This document shows positions 1 through 8,693 of a DNA stretch of 24,000 nucleotides, in pieces; the first letter of the stretch is position 1, and the number at the start of each line of letters is the position of its first letter. The notes beneath the pieces were generated by a model, which was not told the origin of the DNA, ran no database searches, and saw only the letters and a list, made by a program, of their open reading frames with translations. Location of the stretch: positions 10,939 to 34,938 of the forward strand of contig PNQY01000179.1 in assembly GCA_002909145.1 (NCBI GenBank), written 5' to 3'. Origin of the DNA: Candidatus Thioglobus perditus (GTDB taxonomy: Bacteria; Pseudomonadota; Gammaproteobacteria; PS1; Pseudothioglobaceae). A program made the position numbers and the translations under genes.

Positions 1-1
1 C

Positions 2-196
2 AACCTTTCATCACATAATAAAGCCAACAAACTAATTGAGCGTTTTGGTAACAAAGGGTTTGATTATATGGGAGACCATATGCGCGACCTGCCAGTATGG
101 GAAGCCTCAAATTTATCAATACTAGTAAACGTACCAGAGAGGGTGATAAAAAACACCCAGCACCTTGATACATTGTTACTTTTTAAAAGAGTCTAA
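2..196 (+). CDS. 3' end of a gene entering from the left; possibly a HAD-superfamily (phosphoserine-phosphatase-like) hydrolase
   Basis: Frame 2 is open from the window edge to TAA at 194-196 (64 aa). 'FDYMGDHMRDLPVW' resembles HAD motif IV (GDxxxD followed by P). Only a fragment is visible. Confidence 0.35.
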   Translation, partial: NLSSHNKANKLIERFGNKGFDYMGDHMRDLPVWEASNLSILVNVPERVIKNTQHLDTLLLFKRV

Positions 197-369
197 AAAC
201 CCTCAATTAAATACGACAAGCTTCCAAGAATTAAATATACTAAGCTAGTTACAACTAAAGTTGCAGCTATAACCCTAGCAAGAGCGATATTATTATTAAG
301 AAGTTTTTTATTTACAATCCAAATAAAATATCCAACAAGAAGTGCAATAAATAAAATTCTAATAAACAT
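193..369 (-). CDS. hypothetical 58-aa two-TM membrane protein
   Basis: ATG at 369, TAG at 193-195. Translation is MFIRILFIALLVGYFIWIVNKKLLNNNIALARVIAATLVVTSLVYLILGSLSYLIEGF, i.e. two hydrophobic helices. It is below the 60-aa cutoff of the ORF track, lies 14 nt downstream of uvrC on the same strand, and has no Shine-Dalgarno. Confidence 0.3.
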   Translation of the reverse strand: MFIRILFIALLVGYFIWIVNKKLLNNNIALARVIAATLVVTSLVYLILGSLSYLIEGF

Positions 370-383
370 AAATATTTGTGTAA

Positions 384-2171
384 TTATTTTTTAAAACTTG
401 CAGCTATTTTAGTCGCTAACATAAGATTAATGCCACTTACTTTTTGAATCTCTGCAATACTGGCTTTTTGAATCTCTTGTAATCCGCCAAAATAATTAAG
501 TAATGCCTCTCTGCGCATCTTGCCTATGCCATTAATATTTTCAAGTGGCGAAGTTGTGCGTTTTTTTCCACGTTTTTTTCTATGATTTTTGATAGCAAAT
601 CTATGTGACTCATCACGAATATGGTTCACTAACAACAAGGCTTGATCGTGTGGCGGCAAGTTAATTTTATTAACTTTATTATTCTCAATAATAATAAGGG
701 TTTCAAGCCCCGCCTTTCTACCCTCTCCTTTTGCAATTCCGACTAATTGTACATCATCAACCCCAATTGAATTCATTACCATTACCGCCTGATTAAGCTG
801 ACCCAAACCACCATCAATAAATACAATATCAGGCATAGGACTGTCATCTTTTAAAGCCTTAGAGTACCTCCTAAAAATCACCTGCCTCATAGCTGCATAA
901 TCATCTCCTGGAGTTATATCTTTAATATTAAATTGACGATATTTAGCCACTTTTGGCAAGCCTTTTTCAAACACCACACAAGAGGCTGTAGTCGCCTCAC
1001 CCATCATATGACTAATATCAAAACACTCCATAATATTTGGCAGTTTTTTAAGATTGAGAGTTTTTTGCAAATGTAGCAATTGTGAGTGTTTAGTAAATTT
1101 TGAAACCAAGTATTGATTAAGCTCCTCTTTGGCAGTAAGAGTAGCAATATCAAGAAAATGCTTTTTGTCTTTTTGTGGACTGTCAATAATATTAGTATTA
1201 AGAGCCGAAGATATAATTTTTTTATCGCCTAGTTTATGATTTACAAGTATTTGCTTAGGAGTGTCTTTACCTAAATAATAAAGTGGCAAAAATGCTTCCA
1301 ATACTTTTTCTAAGTTTTTACCTTTTGAATTTTTAGGCATAACAAACTCTTGAGCAATCTGTTTACCAGAACGCACAAATAAAACTTCAACACCATGAGT
1401 GTGATCTTGCTCAACAATGCTAACAACATCCATATCCCCCATAGATTTAGAGCTATGCTGCTCTTGAATTATGCGCAAATCAATCAACTGATCTCGCAGT
1501 CTTGCTGCAAGCTCAAAATCTTGAATCTCGGACGCTAATTGCATTTTTTCTGAAATTTTATCCAAGGTTTTCTTGCCTTTCCCGGATAGAAAAAGAGAGG
1601 CCATTCTAACGTCTTGAGTGTAATTATCATTGCTAATTTTCCCCACACACGGGGCACTACACAAGCCTATTTGATACTCTAAACAAGGACGTGATCTGGA
1701 TCTATATGTTGCATTGGTACAACCACGAACTTTAAATATCTTTTTTAATAGATCTAGAGACTCTCTAACTACATTGGCTGACGGGTACGGGCCAAAAAAT
1801 TGATATTTTTCACTTCTACTGCCACGATAAAATCCAATTCTAGGGTGTTTATCATTAGTTATATAAATATATGGATAGCTTTTTGCATCTTTTAATAAAA
1901 TATTGTATCTAGGATTGTTGAGTTTAATTAACTCACTTTCCAACAACAATGCCTGAGTTTCAGTAACAGTTACAATAACTTTAAAATCTTTTATATTTGC
2001 AACCAAAGCTCTAGTTTTATCATCATTATGATGCTCTTTAGCAAAATAGCTAGACACTCTTTTTTTTAGGTTTTTAGCTTTACCTACATAAATAACCAGA
2101 TCCCTCTTATCAAGCATCTGATAGACCCCTGTAGAGCTTGTTAAATTTTTTATCTTTTCTTTAATTGTCAT
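384..2171 (-). CDS. uvrC: excinuclease ABC subunit C (UvrC)
   Basis: 595 aa with ATG start. N-terminal GIY-YIG motif (GVYQMLDKRDLVIYVGKAKNLKKRVSSYF), a central UVR-like helix region, and a C-terminal endonuclease plus helix-hairpin-helix tail (INGIGKMRREALLNYFGGLQEIQKASIAEIQKVSGI). Confidence 0.95.
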   Translation of the reverse strand: MTIKEKIKNLTSSTGVYQMLDKRDLVIYVGKAKNLKKRVSSYFAKEHHNDDKTRALVANIKDFKVIVTVTETQALLLESELIKLNNPRYNILLKDAKSYPYIYITNDKHPRIGFYRGSRSEKYQFFGPYPSANVVRESLDLLKKIFKVRGCTNATYRSRSRPCLEYQIGLCSAPCVGKISNDNYTQDVRMASLFLSGKGKKTLDKISEKMQLASEIQDFELAARLRDQLIDLRIIQEQHSSKSMGDMDVVSIVEQDHTHGVEVLFVRSGKQIAQEFVMPKNSKGKNLEKVLEAFLPLYYLGKDTPKQILVNHKLGDKKIISSALNTNIIDSPQKDKKHFLDIATLTAKEELNQYLVSKFTKHSQLLHLQKTLNLKKLPNIMECFDISHMMGEATTASCVVFEKGLPKVAKYRQFNIKDITPGDDYAAMRQVIFRRYSKALKDDSPMPDIVFIDGGLGQLNQAVMVMNSIGVDDVQLVGIAKGEGRKAGLETLIIIENNKVNKINLPPHDQALLLVNHIRDESHRFAIKNHRKKRGKKRTTSPLENINGIGKMRREALLNYFGGLQEIQKASIAEIQKVSGINLMLATKIAASFKK

Positions 2172-2231
2172 CTGTACAAAAAAATCTTAAGGAGGTAAAA
2201 TAATGACTCATTAATTTCTCATTTAAAAACA

Positions 2232-2891
2232 ATGATCAAATCACTATTAATTATATTATCTATTTTGCACATGAGTACTGCTTTAGCAGTCAATAAAGCA
2301 CCAGATACGGAAAATATTAGTAAAAATATAGTAAATATTATCGATCCGCCTAACTCTGCAGCACTGAACATTATGGTGGATGCCCTAAGCTCGTTAAAAG
2401 AGCTGAAAAAACAAAATAAGGCAACCCCAGAAAATGTTGAAGCTCTAATCCGTATAAAATTATTACCAAATATTGCTATGGGAGTTTCTACCAAAATTGC
2501 ACTTAGCAAGCATTGGAGTAATTTAGATGTTAACCAAAAAAAGTTTTTTCAAAACTATATTTCTGAATCCCTAATCCAAGACTACGTTAGTATCCTATCT
2601 AGCTATGATAAGCTGGATACAGTTAAAATTGCAGTAGATCCAAAAGTTAAACGTAAGGATAATAAAGCAATAGTCAAGCTAATTGTTAATATTAATGATA
2701 ATCCAAAACCTATAATAATCTCACTAAAAATGATTAGACTTAACTCTTGGCATGTTTACGATCTCGTGTTTTCTGGAGTTAGCATTGTTAAAAACTATAG
2801 CGCCCAATTTAATTCACACATTAAGCGTAAAGGTGTTGAAAGTTTGATTAAAAAGTCAGAGAAAAAGTTAAATAAACTAAAAAAACTATAA
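2232..2891 (+). CDS. mlaC: MlaC/Ttg2D-family periplasmic phospholipid-binding protein
   Basis: 219 aa with a signal peptide (MIKSLLIILSILHMSTALA). It aligns by eye with E. coli MlaC blocks (LLPNIAMGVSTKIALSKHW, WHVYDLVFSGVSIVKNYSAQFNSHIKRKGVESLI). It sits directly upstream of murA, as the mla operon does in E. coli. No mlaFED or mlaB is present in the window. Confidence 0.75.
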   Translation: MIKSLLIILSILHMSTALAVNKAPDTENISKNIVNIIDPPNSAALNIMVDALSSLKELKKQNKATPENVEALIRIKLLPNIAMGVSTKIALSKHWSNLDVNQKKFFQNYISESLIQDYVSILSSYDKLDTVKIAVDPKVKRKDNKAIVKLIVNINDNPKPIIISLKMIRLNSWHVYDLVFSGVSIVKNYSAQFNSHIKRKGVESLIKKSEKKLNKLKKL

Positions 2892-2901
2892 AAAATAAAT
2901 A

Positions 2902-4161
2902 GTGTACAAGCTTATCATTAAGGGTGCTCAGCCATTAAATGGCAGTATTAAAATTGCCGGATCAAAAAACTCATCCTTACCAATTTTATTCGCCTCAATA
3001 CTAGCAGACTCACCAGTAACACTAACCAACACCCCACATCTAAGTGATGTATCAACCACACTTAGATTGTTAATGGATATGGGGTCTGAATTTGTTCTAG
3101 AATCAGACAGCTCTATTTTTATAGACTCATCAAAACTAACCAAACTAACTGCGGAATACAGCTTGGTTAAAACTATGCGTGCATCAATATTAGCACTAGG
3201 ACCTATGTTAGCAAAATATGGTAAAGCAAAAATATCGCTACCAGGTGGTTGTGCTATTGGTGCTAGACCTGTTAACTTACATCTTAAAGCATTGGAAGAT
3301 CTTGGCGCCACAATAGAAGTAAAAAACGGATATATTTATGCTGAAGCTGAAGGGTTAATTGGCACAGAAGTATATTTTGAACAGGTGAGCGTAACTGCTA
3401 CTGAAAACATTATTATGGCAGCTACAATTGCAAAAGGCACAACTGTTATCAGCAATGCAGCACAAGAGCCAGAAATTGTAGACCTGGTTAATTGCCTTAT
3501 AAAAATGGGGGCAAAAATATCTGGAGCTGGTACTGCAATTATCACCATTAAAGGTGTTGATAAATTATCAGGAGTTAGTTACGCGGTTTGCCCTGATAGA
3601 ATTGAGGCGGGGACATATCTCGTTGCAGCAGCTATTACTGGTGGCAGCATTACAGTTAAAAATGTACGCCATCAATCAATGCGCTCTATTATTGGAAAAC
3701 TAATAGAAACTGGGGCAAATATTAAATCCACTAAAAACTCAATAACCCTTAATATGAACGGCAAGAGACCTAAGGCTGTTAATGTTAAAACTAGTGCTTA
3801 CCCAAACTTCCCTACAGATATGCAAGCGCAATTTACCGCATTAAACACTATTGCAGATGGGCACAGTACTATAACTGAAACTATATTTGAAAACCGCTTT
3901 ATGCACATTCCAGAGCTTGCGCGTATGGGTGCAGATCTAACTTTAGAAGGCAACACCGTTGTTTGCAAAGGTGTAAAATCGCTTACTGGCGCAAATTTAA
4001 TGGCAACTGACCTTAGAGCTTCGGCCTCATTGGTTTTAGCGGCTCTTGCGGCTAAAGGCACAAGTACTATTGAACGCGTGTACCACTTAGATCGTGGTTA
4101 TGAAACTATTGAAGAGAAATTAAAACTATTGGGCGCAAACATTGAGCGCATACAGGATTAA
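2902..4161 (+). CDS. murA: UDP-N-acetylglucosamine 1-carboxyvinyltransferase (MurA)
   Basis: 419 aa with GTG start at 2902. It has the typical N-terminus (LNGSIKIAGSKNSSLPILFASIL) and an active-site loop LPGGCAIGARPVNLH carrying the Cys targeted by fosfomycin. Confidence 0.95.
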   Translation: MYKLIIKGAQPLNGSIKIAGSKNSSLPILFASILADSPVTLTNTPHLSDVSTTLRLLMDMGSEFVLESDSSIFIDSSKLTKLTAEYSLVKTMRASILALGPMLAKYGKAKISLPGGCAIGARPVNLHLKALEDLGATIEVKNGYIYAEAEGLIGTEVYFEQVSVTATENIIMAATIAKGTTVISNAAQEPEIVDLVNCLIKMGAKISGAGTAIITIKGVDKLSGVSYAVCPDRIEAGTYLVAAAITGGSITVKNVRHQSMRSIIGKLIETGANIKSTKNSITLNMNGKRPKAVNVKTSAYPNFPTDMQAQFTALNTIADGHSTITETIFENRFMHIPELARMGADLTLEGNTVVCKGVKSLTGANLMATDLRASASLVLAALAAKGTSTIERVYHLDRGYETIEEKLKLLGANIERIQD

Positions 4162-4166
4162 AGCTT

Positions 4167-4784
4167 ATGCTAACTATTGCATTATCAAAAGGTAGAATTT
4201 TAAATCAAACTCTACCATTATTAAAGAAAGCTGGATTAGAAATTGCTAATGAAGAGCTAAATTCACGCAAGCTTATCCTTGATACTAATCTTGATGATGT
4301 CAAGGTAATTATTATACGCGCTACTGATGTGCCTGTTTTTGTGCAACATGGAGCTGCTGATATCGGTATTGCTGGTAAAGATGTACTTCTAGAGCATGGA
4401 GCAAATGGTTTGTTTGAGCTGCTAGACTTAGGTATTGCTAAGTGTAAGCTAATGGTTGCAGCTACATCTGACAAACAACTAGAACAAAACATACTTAAGG
4501 TTGCCACTAAATACGTTAATTCTGCTAGAAATTATTTTGAAAGCAAGGGTCAATCGTGTGAAGTTATAAAACTATACGGTGCAATGGAGCTTGCCCCTGT
4601 AGTTGGATTATCACACTGTATTGTGGACTTAGTTGATACAGGCAATACTTTAAAAGCTAACGGCCTTATACCTCTAGATCACATTGAAAATATTAGCTCA
4701 CGCTTGGTAGTTAACTCTGCCTCATTCAAAACCAAAAACCTACAAATTAAAAACTGGGTTGAAGCAATAGAAGACAACTTATGA
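4167..4784 (+). CDS. hisG: ATP phosphoribosyltransferase, short form (HisG-S)
   Basis: 205 aa, the length of the short HisZ-dependent form. N-terminus [11 protein letters not shown] and the motif [14 protein letters not shown] are present. Its TGA overlaps the hisD ATG (ATGA at 4781-4784). Confidence 0.9.
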   Translation: MLTIALSKGRILNQTLPLLKKAGLEIANEELNSRKLILDTNLDDVKVIIIRATDVPVFVQHGAADIGIAGKDVLLEHGANGLFELLDLGIAKCKLMVAATSDKQLEQNILKVATKYVNSARNYFESKGQSCEVIKLYGAMELAPVVGLSHCIVDLVDTGNTLKANGLIPLDHIENISSRLVVNSASFKTKNLQIKNWVEAIEDNL

Positions 4785-6073
4785 TTACTAAATTATTATC
4801 ATCACAAGAAGATTTTCAAGACAAGCTATCAGACCTGTTAGCTTGGGAAAGTGTTTCTAATGCTGATGTTGCTAAAACAGTAGATGATATTATCGCCAAT
4901 ATTCGTAAAGATGGTGATGATGCATTGGTTAACTATTCGGCTAAGTTTGACGGTGTCAATGCTAACAGTATGTCTGAACTTACTATTGAATCAGGTGCAC
5001 TAAAAGAAGCTTTTAACACATTAGACGATAAAGATAAAAATGCACTTAAAACCGCAGCAGATCGAGTAAAAATCTATCATGAAAGGCAACTACAAGAAAC
5101 TTGGAGTTATCGCGAGAATGATGGCACTATGTTGGGTCAAAAAATTACCCCACTTGATCGTGTTGGTTTGTATGTCCCTGGTGGTAAAGCGGCCTACCCT
5201 TCTTCAGTTTTAATGAATGCTATTCCAGCCAAAGTAGCTGGTGTTGAAGAGTTGATCATGGTAGTTCCTACCCCTAATGGAATAACCAACCAACTAGTGC
5301 TAGCTGCAGCTTATATATCTGGTGTGGATACTGTATTTACTGTAGGTGGTGCGCAAGCCGTTGCCGCACTAGCATATGGCACTCAAACCATTCCAAAAGT
5401 AGACAAAATTGTTGGGCCGGGAAATATCTATGTAGCTACAGCTAAACGCGTAGTATTTGGCCAAGTAGGCATCGATATGATTGCTGGTCCTAGCGAAATT
5501 CTAATTATTTGTGACGGAAAAACTAATCCTGATTGGATTGCTATGGATTTGTTCTCTCAAGCTGAACACGATGAGGATGCACAATCCATCCTGCTTTGTC
5601 CGGACGCTGATTTTATTAATGAAGTGGAAGCAAGTATTGCTAAATTATTACCAACCATGGAACGCAAAGAAATAATTGCTACCGCATTAAAAGATCGTGG
5701 AGCACTAATCCAAACCAAAGATATGGATGAAGCTGTTGCAATATCAAATCAAATCGCACCAGAACATTTAGAATTATCGGTTGAAGACCCAGAGTCCATG
5801 CTTGATAATATAAAACATGCAGGTGCAATCTTTATGGGTCGCCATACTTGTGAGTCTTTGGGCGATTACTGTGCTGGACCAAATCATGTTCTACCAACTT
5901 CTGGAACTGCACGCTTTTCCTCACCACTTGGAGTGTATGATTTTCAAAAGAAGTCAAGTTTGATTATGGTGTCTGATGAAGGTGCTAATATTTTAGGTAA
6001 TATTGCTGCAACGCTAGCCGATGGCGAAGGCCTGCAAGCTCACGCTCAATCTGCACGATACCGCATAAAGTAA
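4781..6073 (+). CDS. hisD: histidinol dehydrogenase (HisD)
   Basis: 430 aa with motifs [28 protein letters not shown] and [30 protein letters not shown]. Confidence 0.95.
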   Translation: MITKLLSSQEDFQDKLSDLLAWESVSNADVAKTVDDIIANIRKDGDDALVNYSAKFDGVNANSMSELTIESGALKEAFNTLDDKDKNALKTAADRVKIYHERQLQETWSYRENDGTMLGQKITPLDRVGLYVPGGKAAYPSSVLMNAIPAKVAGVEELIMVVPTPNGITNQLVLAAAYISGVDTVFTVGGAQAVAALAYGTQTIPKVDKIVGPGNIYVATAKRVVFGQVGIDMIAGPSEILIICDGKTNPDWIAMDLFSQAEHDEDAQSILLCPDADFINEVEASIAKLLPTMERKEIIATALKDRGALIQTKDMDEAVAISNQIAPEHLELSVEDPESMLDNIKHAGAIFMGRHTCESLGDYCAGPNHVLPTSGTARFSSPLGVYDFQKKSSLIMVSDEGANILGNIAATLADGEGLQAHAQSARYRIK

Positions 6074-6116
6074 TTTAGTCTTTTTTTCTTCTGCTGTGCT
6101 GAGGTTTGTAAAATTT

Positions 6117-7199
6117 TTAACCAATCAGCACATTAAAAGTAAAGCCACCTACTATTGCCATAGTGAAAATCACACTTAAAAATGCAAATAACAGTGGCCA
6201 TTTAAATAATTTCTTTAATAAAATTACCTCTGGCAAGCTTGCGCCGCCACTACCAATAACCAGTGCCATTACTGCACCAATACTCACACCTTTAGCAACA
6301 AACGATCCAATTAACGGTATAAGCGCAGTAACACGAATATAAAGCGGTATACCAACCAAAGCAGCCGCTGGAATAGCTGCTGGATTGTCCTTTCCTGCAA
6401 CTTCAGTAAAAAAATCAGTAGGCACAAATCCATGCACAAACGCACCAATAATCATAGATACAAACATATACGGCATCATAGTTTTAAACAGTACCCAGCT
6501 TTCCACCCAAGCTAATTGGTACAAACTTGGCTGTGACATTGTAGAGCTAGGTTCATCACAACAACCAGTCTGCCCCTCAGTAGAGCAGCAACTAACCGAT
6601 TCATTGTTAGTTTCACAACAATTTGACTCTTCCTTGTTAGAACAACAGTCACTTAAATTATTGTTATCTTCGCAACAACTACTTTCACTATCTACACTTG
6701 AGCAACAAGATCCACTCTCTTTACCTGTTGATATCAACTCTTGCTTAACATAACGCTCAAAATTAAAATACTGCAACAACACTCCGGCAATAATCGAGAT
6801 ACTTAGCGCTAAAAGTGCATAAATAATAGTTACACGCACCCCCAAAACTGGAATAAATAAAACAATTACAATTGGATTAAGTAATGGCGAAGTAAATAAA
6901 AATGTCATAACTGGACCAAATCCAGCTCTAGCTTTTAAAAGCCCAATTAACATTGGAATTGTGGAGCAACTACAAAATGGAGTAACAGCTCCTAGAGCTG
7001 CAGATACAAAGTAACCCTTGCCTTTGCGCGTACCTAATATTTTTTGAATTTTTTCTGGAGAAATTTTTTGATTAATTAACGCAACTAAATAACTAATACC
7101 AATAAATAAAATTGTTAATTCAACAAATAAACTGACGAACGTCTCACCAGTTTCAATTAACTTTAGTTGAGTTTGTGTTGTGAAATAATCCAATATCAA
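6117..7199 (-). CDS. polytopic permease of the UPF0718/ArsP-like family with a Cys-rich central loop
   Basis: 360 aa, multi-TM. The motif GAVTPFCSCSTIPM is what I associate with the ArsP/YraQ-type 'predicted permease' family. The central loop (aa 165-214) holds six CC pairs. The only available start is TTG at 7199 (or TTG at 7193), 3 nt after the ffh stop, so the start is uncertain. Confidence 0.7.
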   Translation of the reverse strand: MILDYFTTQTQLKLIETGETFVSLFVELTILFIGISYLVALINQKISPEKIQKILGTRKGKGYFVSAALGAVTPFCSCSTIPMLIGLLKARAGFGPVMTFLFTSPLLNPIVIVLFIPVLGVRVTIIYALLALSISIIAGVLLQYFNFERYVKQELISTGKESGSCCSSVDSESSCCEDNNNLSDCCSNKEESNCCETNNESVSCCSTEGQTGCCDEPSSTMSQPSLYQLAWVESWVLFKTMMPYMFVSMIIGAFVHGFVPTDFFTEVAGKDNPAAIPAAALVGIPLYIRVTALIPLIGSFVAKGVSIGAVMALVIGSGGASLPEVILLKKLFKWPLLFAFLSVIFTMAIVGGFTFNVLIG

Positions 7200-7202
7200 T
7201 GA

Positions 7203-8630
7203 TTAAAATGGAAATTTATTGCCACCACCCATACCAGGTAGTTTCATTTTTGATAAATCCGGCATTCCTTGAGGCATACCGCCCTCTTCACCTTGCATGC
7301 CAGCCATCTTGGCCATCATTTTTTTCATTTTGCTACCACCCATTTTTTTCATTTGTTTTTGCATTTTTTCAAACTGTTTGAGTAGTTTATTAACCGCCTG
7401 GGGACTGGTACCAGAACCTCTAGCAATTCGGTTTTTGCGTGAACCTTTAATCAATTTAATGTGTGATCTTTCCTTTGGCGTCATTGAATTAATAATGGCC
7501 ACCATTTTTTTGGTTTCTACTGATCCCATTGCTTGGTTTTTAACACTTTGTGGGATTTGACCCATACCTGGCATTTTATCCATTAATGCCTCCATGCCAC
7601 CCATTTGCTCCATTTGTAACAATTGATCACGCATATCTTCAAGATCAAATCGACCTTTTGCCATTTTCTTAGCTGATTTTTCAGCTTTTTTATGATCAAC
7701 CTTGCGAGATATCTCTTCAACCAATGAAAGCACATCACCCATACCCAATAAACGAGAAACTACACGATCAGGATGGAATGGTTCTAGTGCATCAATTTTT
7801 TCACCAACACCTAAAAATTTAATTGGTTTACCAGTGATATGACGAACTGAAAGCGCTGCACCACCACGCGCATCACCATCAGTTTTAGTTAGAATTACAC
7901 CAGTTAAAGGCAGCGCATCTGCAAAAGACTTAGCAGTATGAGCGGCATCTTGGCCAGTCATAGAATCTACTACAAACAAAGTTTCAACTGGATTTACTTT
8001 CTTTTGTAGTGCCTTGATTTCACTCATCATTTCTGCATCTACATGCAGTCGACCAGCGGTATCAACTAATAAAACATCATGGAATTGTTTTTGTGCATGT
8101 TTTTTTGCAGAAGCAACAATCTTTTCAGGCTTTTCGTTTATATTAGAAGGGAAAAAATCAACCTCAACTTGATTAGCTAGAACTTCTAACTGGTCAATTG
8201 CAGCAGGACGATAAACGTCAGCACTTACAACTAATACCTTTTTATTTTCACGCTCCTTTAAATAGCGTGCAAGTTTAGCAATTGAGGTGGTCTTACCAGC
8301 ACCTTGAAGGCCGGCTACCATTACTACTGCTGGAGGCTGTGTTTTTAAATCTAGAGTTTTATTCTCACCACCTATAATTTCAGTAAGCTCACCCTCTACT
8401 AGCTTAACAAAAGCCTGATGAGGAGTCAGACCTTCTGAAACCTTAAGACCTAAAGCTTTGGTTTGCACCTGATCAAGAAATACCTTGATTACATCTAGCG
8501 CAACGTCAGCTTCAAGTAGTGCTCGACGCACTTCACGAATAGCTTCTTTTATGTTAGCTTCAGAGAGTTTGTTTTTACCTTGTAAGGCTTTAAAACTATT
8601 GGAAAGGCGATCAGTTAAATTATCAAACAT
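7203..8630 (-). CDS. ffh: signal recognition particle protein Ffh
   Basis: 475 aa. SRP54 N and G domains (GLQGAGKTTS, DTAGRL, TKTDGDARGGAALS) and a Met-rich M domain and tail. Confidence 0.97.
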   Translation of the reverse strand: MFDNLTDRLSNSFKALQGKNKLSEANIKEAIREVRRALLEADVALDVIKVFLDQVQTKALGLKVSEGLTPHQAFVKLVEGELTEIIGGENKTLDLKTQPPAVVMVAGLQGAGKTTSIAKLARYLKERENKKVLVVSADVYRPAAIDQLEVLANQVEVDFFPSNINEKPEKIVASAKKHAQKQFHDVLLVDTAGRLHVDAEMMSEIKALQKKVNPVETLFVVDSMTGQDAAHTAKSFADALPLTGVILTKTDGDARGGAALSVRHITGKPIKFLGVGEKIDALEPFHPDRVVSRLLGMGDVLSLVEEISRKVDHKKAEKSAKKMAKGRFDLEDMRDQLLQMEQMGGMEALMDKMPGMGQIPQSVKNQAMGSVETKKMVAIINSMTPKERSHIKLIKGSRKNRIARGSGTSPQAVNKLLKQFEKMQKQMKKMGGSKMKKMMAKMAGMQGEEGGMPQGMPDLSKMKLPGMGGGNKFPF

Positions 8631-8693
8631 TTTTTCAAAAAATTGTACTAAAAGTATCGTATTATATAACCTTTATATTAATTATATATATAG

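Noticed and set aside
6074-6116. Rho-independent terminators at convergent gene ends (6074-6116, 9480-9500, 13257-13272, 18489-18494, 22374-22458).
   Set aside because: I found no GC-containing stem followed by a T-tract in any of these gaps, and several gaps are too short (6-21 nt) to hold one. I made no terminator calls.
6385-6753. A plus-strand 122-aa ORF with a striking periodic Gln-Gln pattern (SSQQ, VEQQ, VSQQ, LEQQ, SSQQ, LEQQ).
   Set aside because: It is the antisense image of the TGT/TGC-TGT/TGC (Cys-Cys) codon pairs of the minus-strand permease loop. The permease frame carries the family motifs, so the QQ repeat is a mirror artefact.
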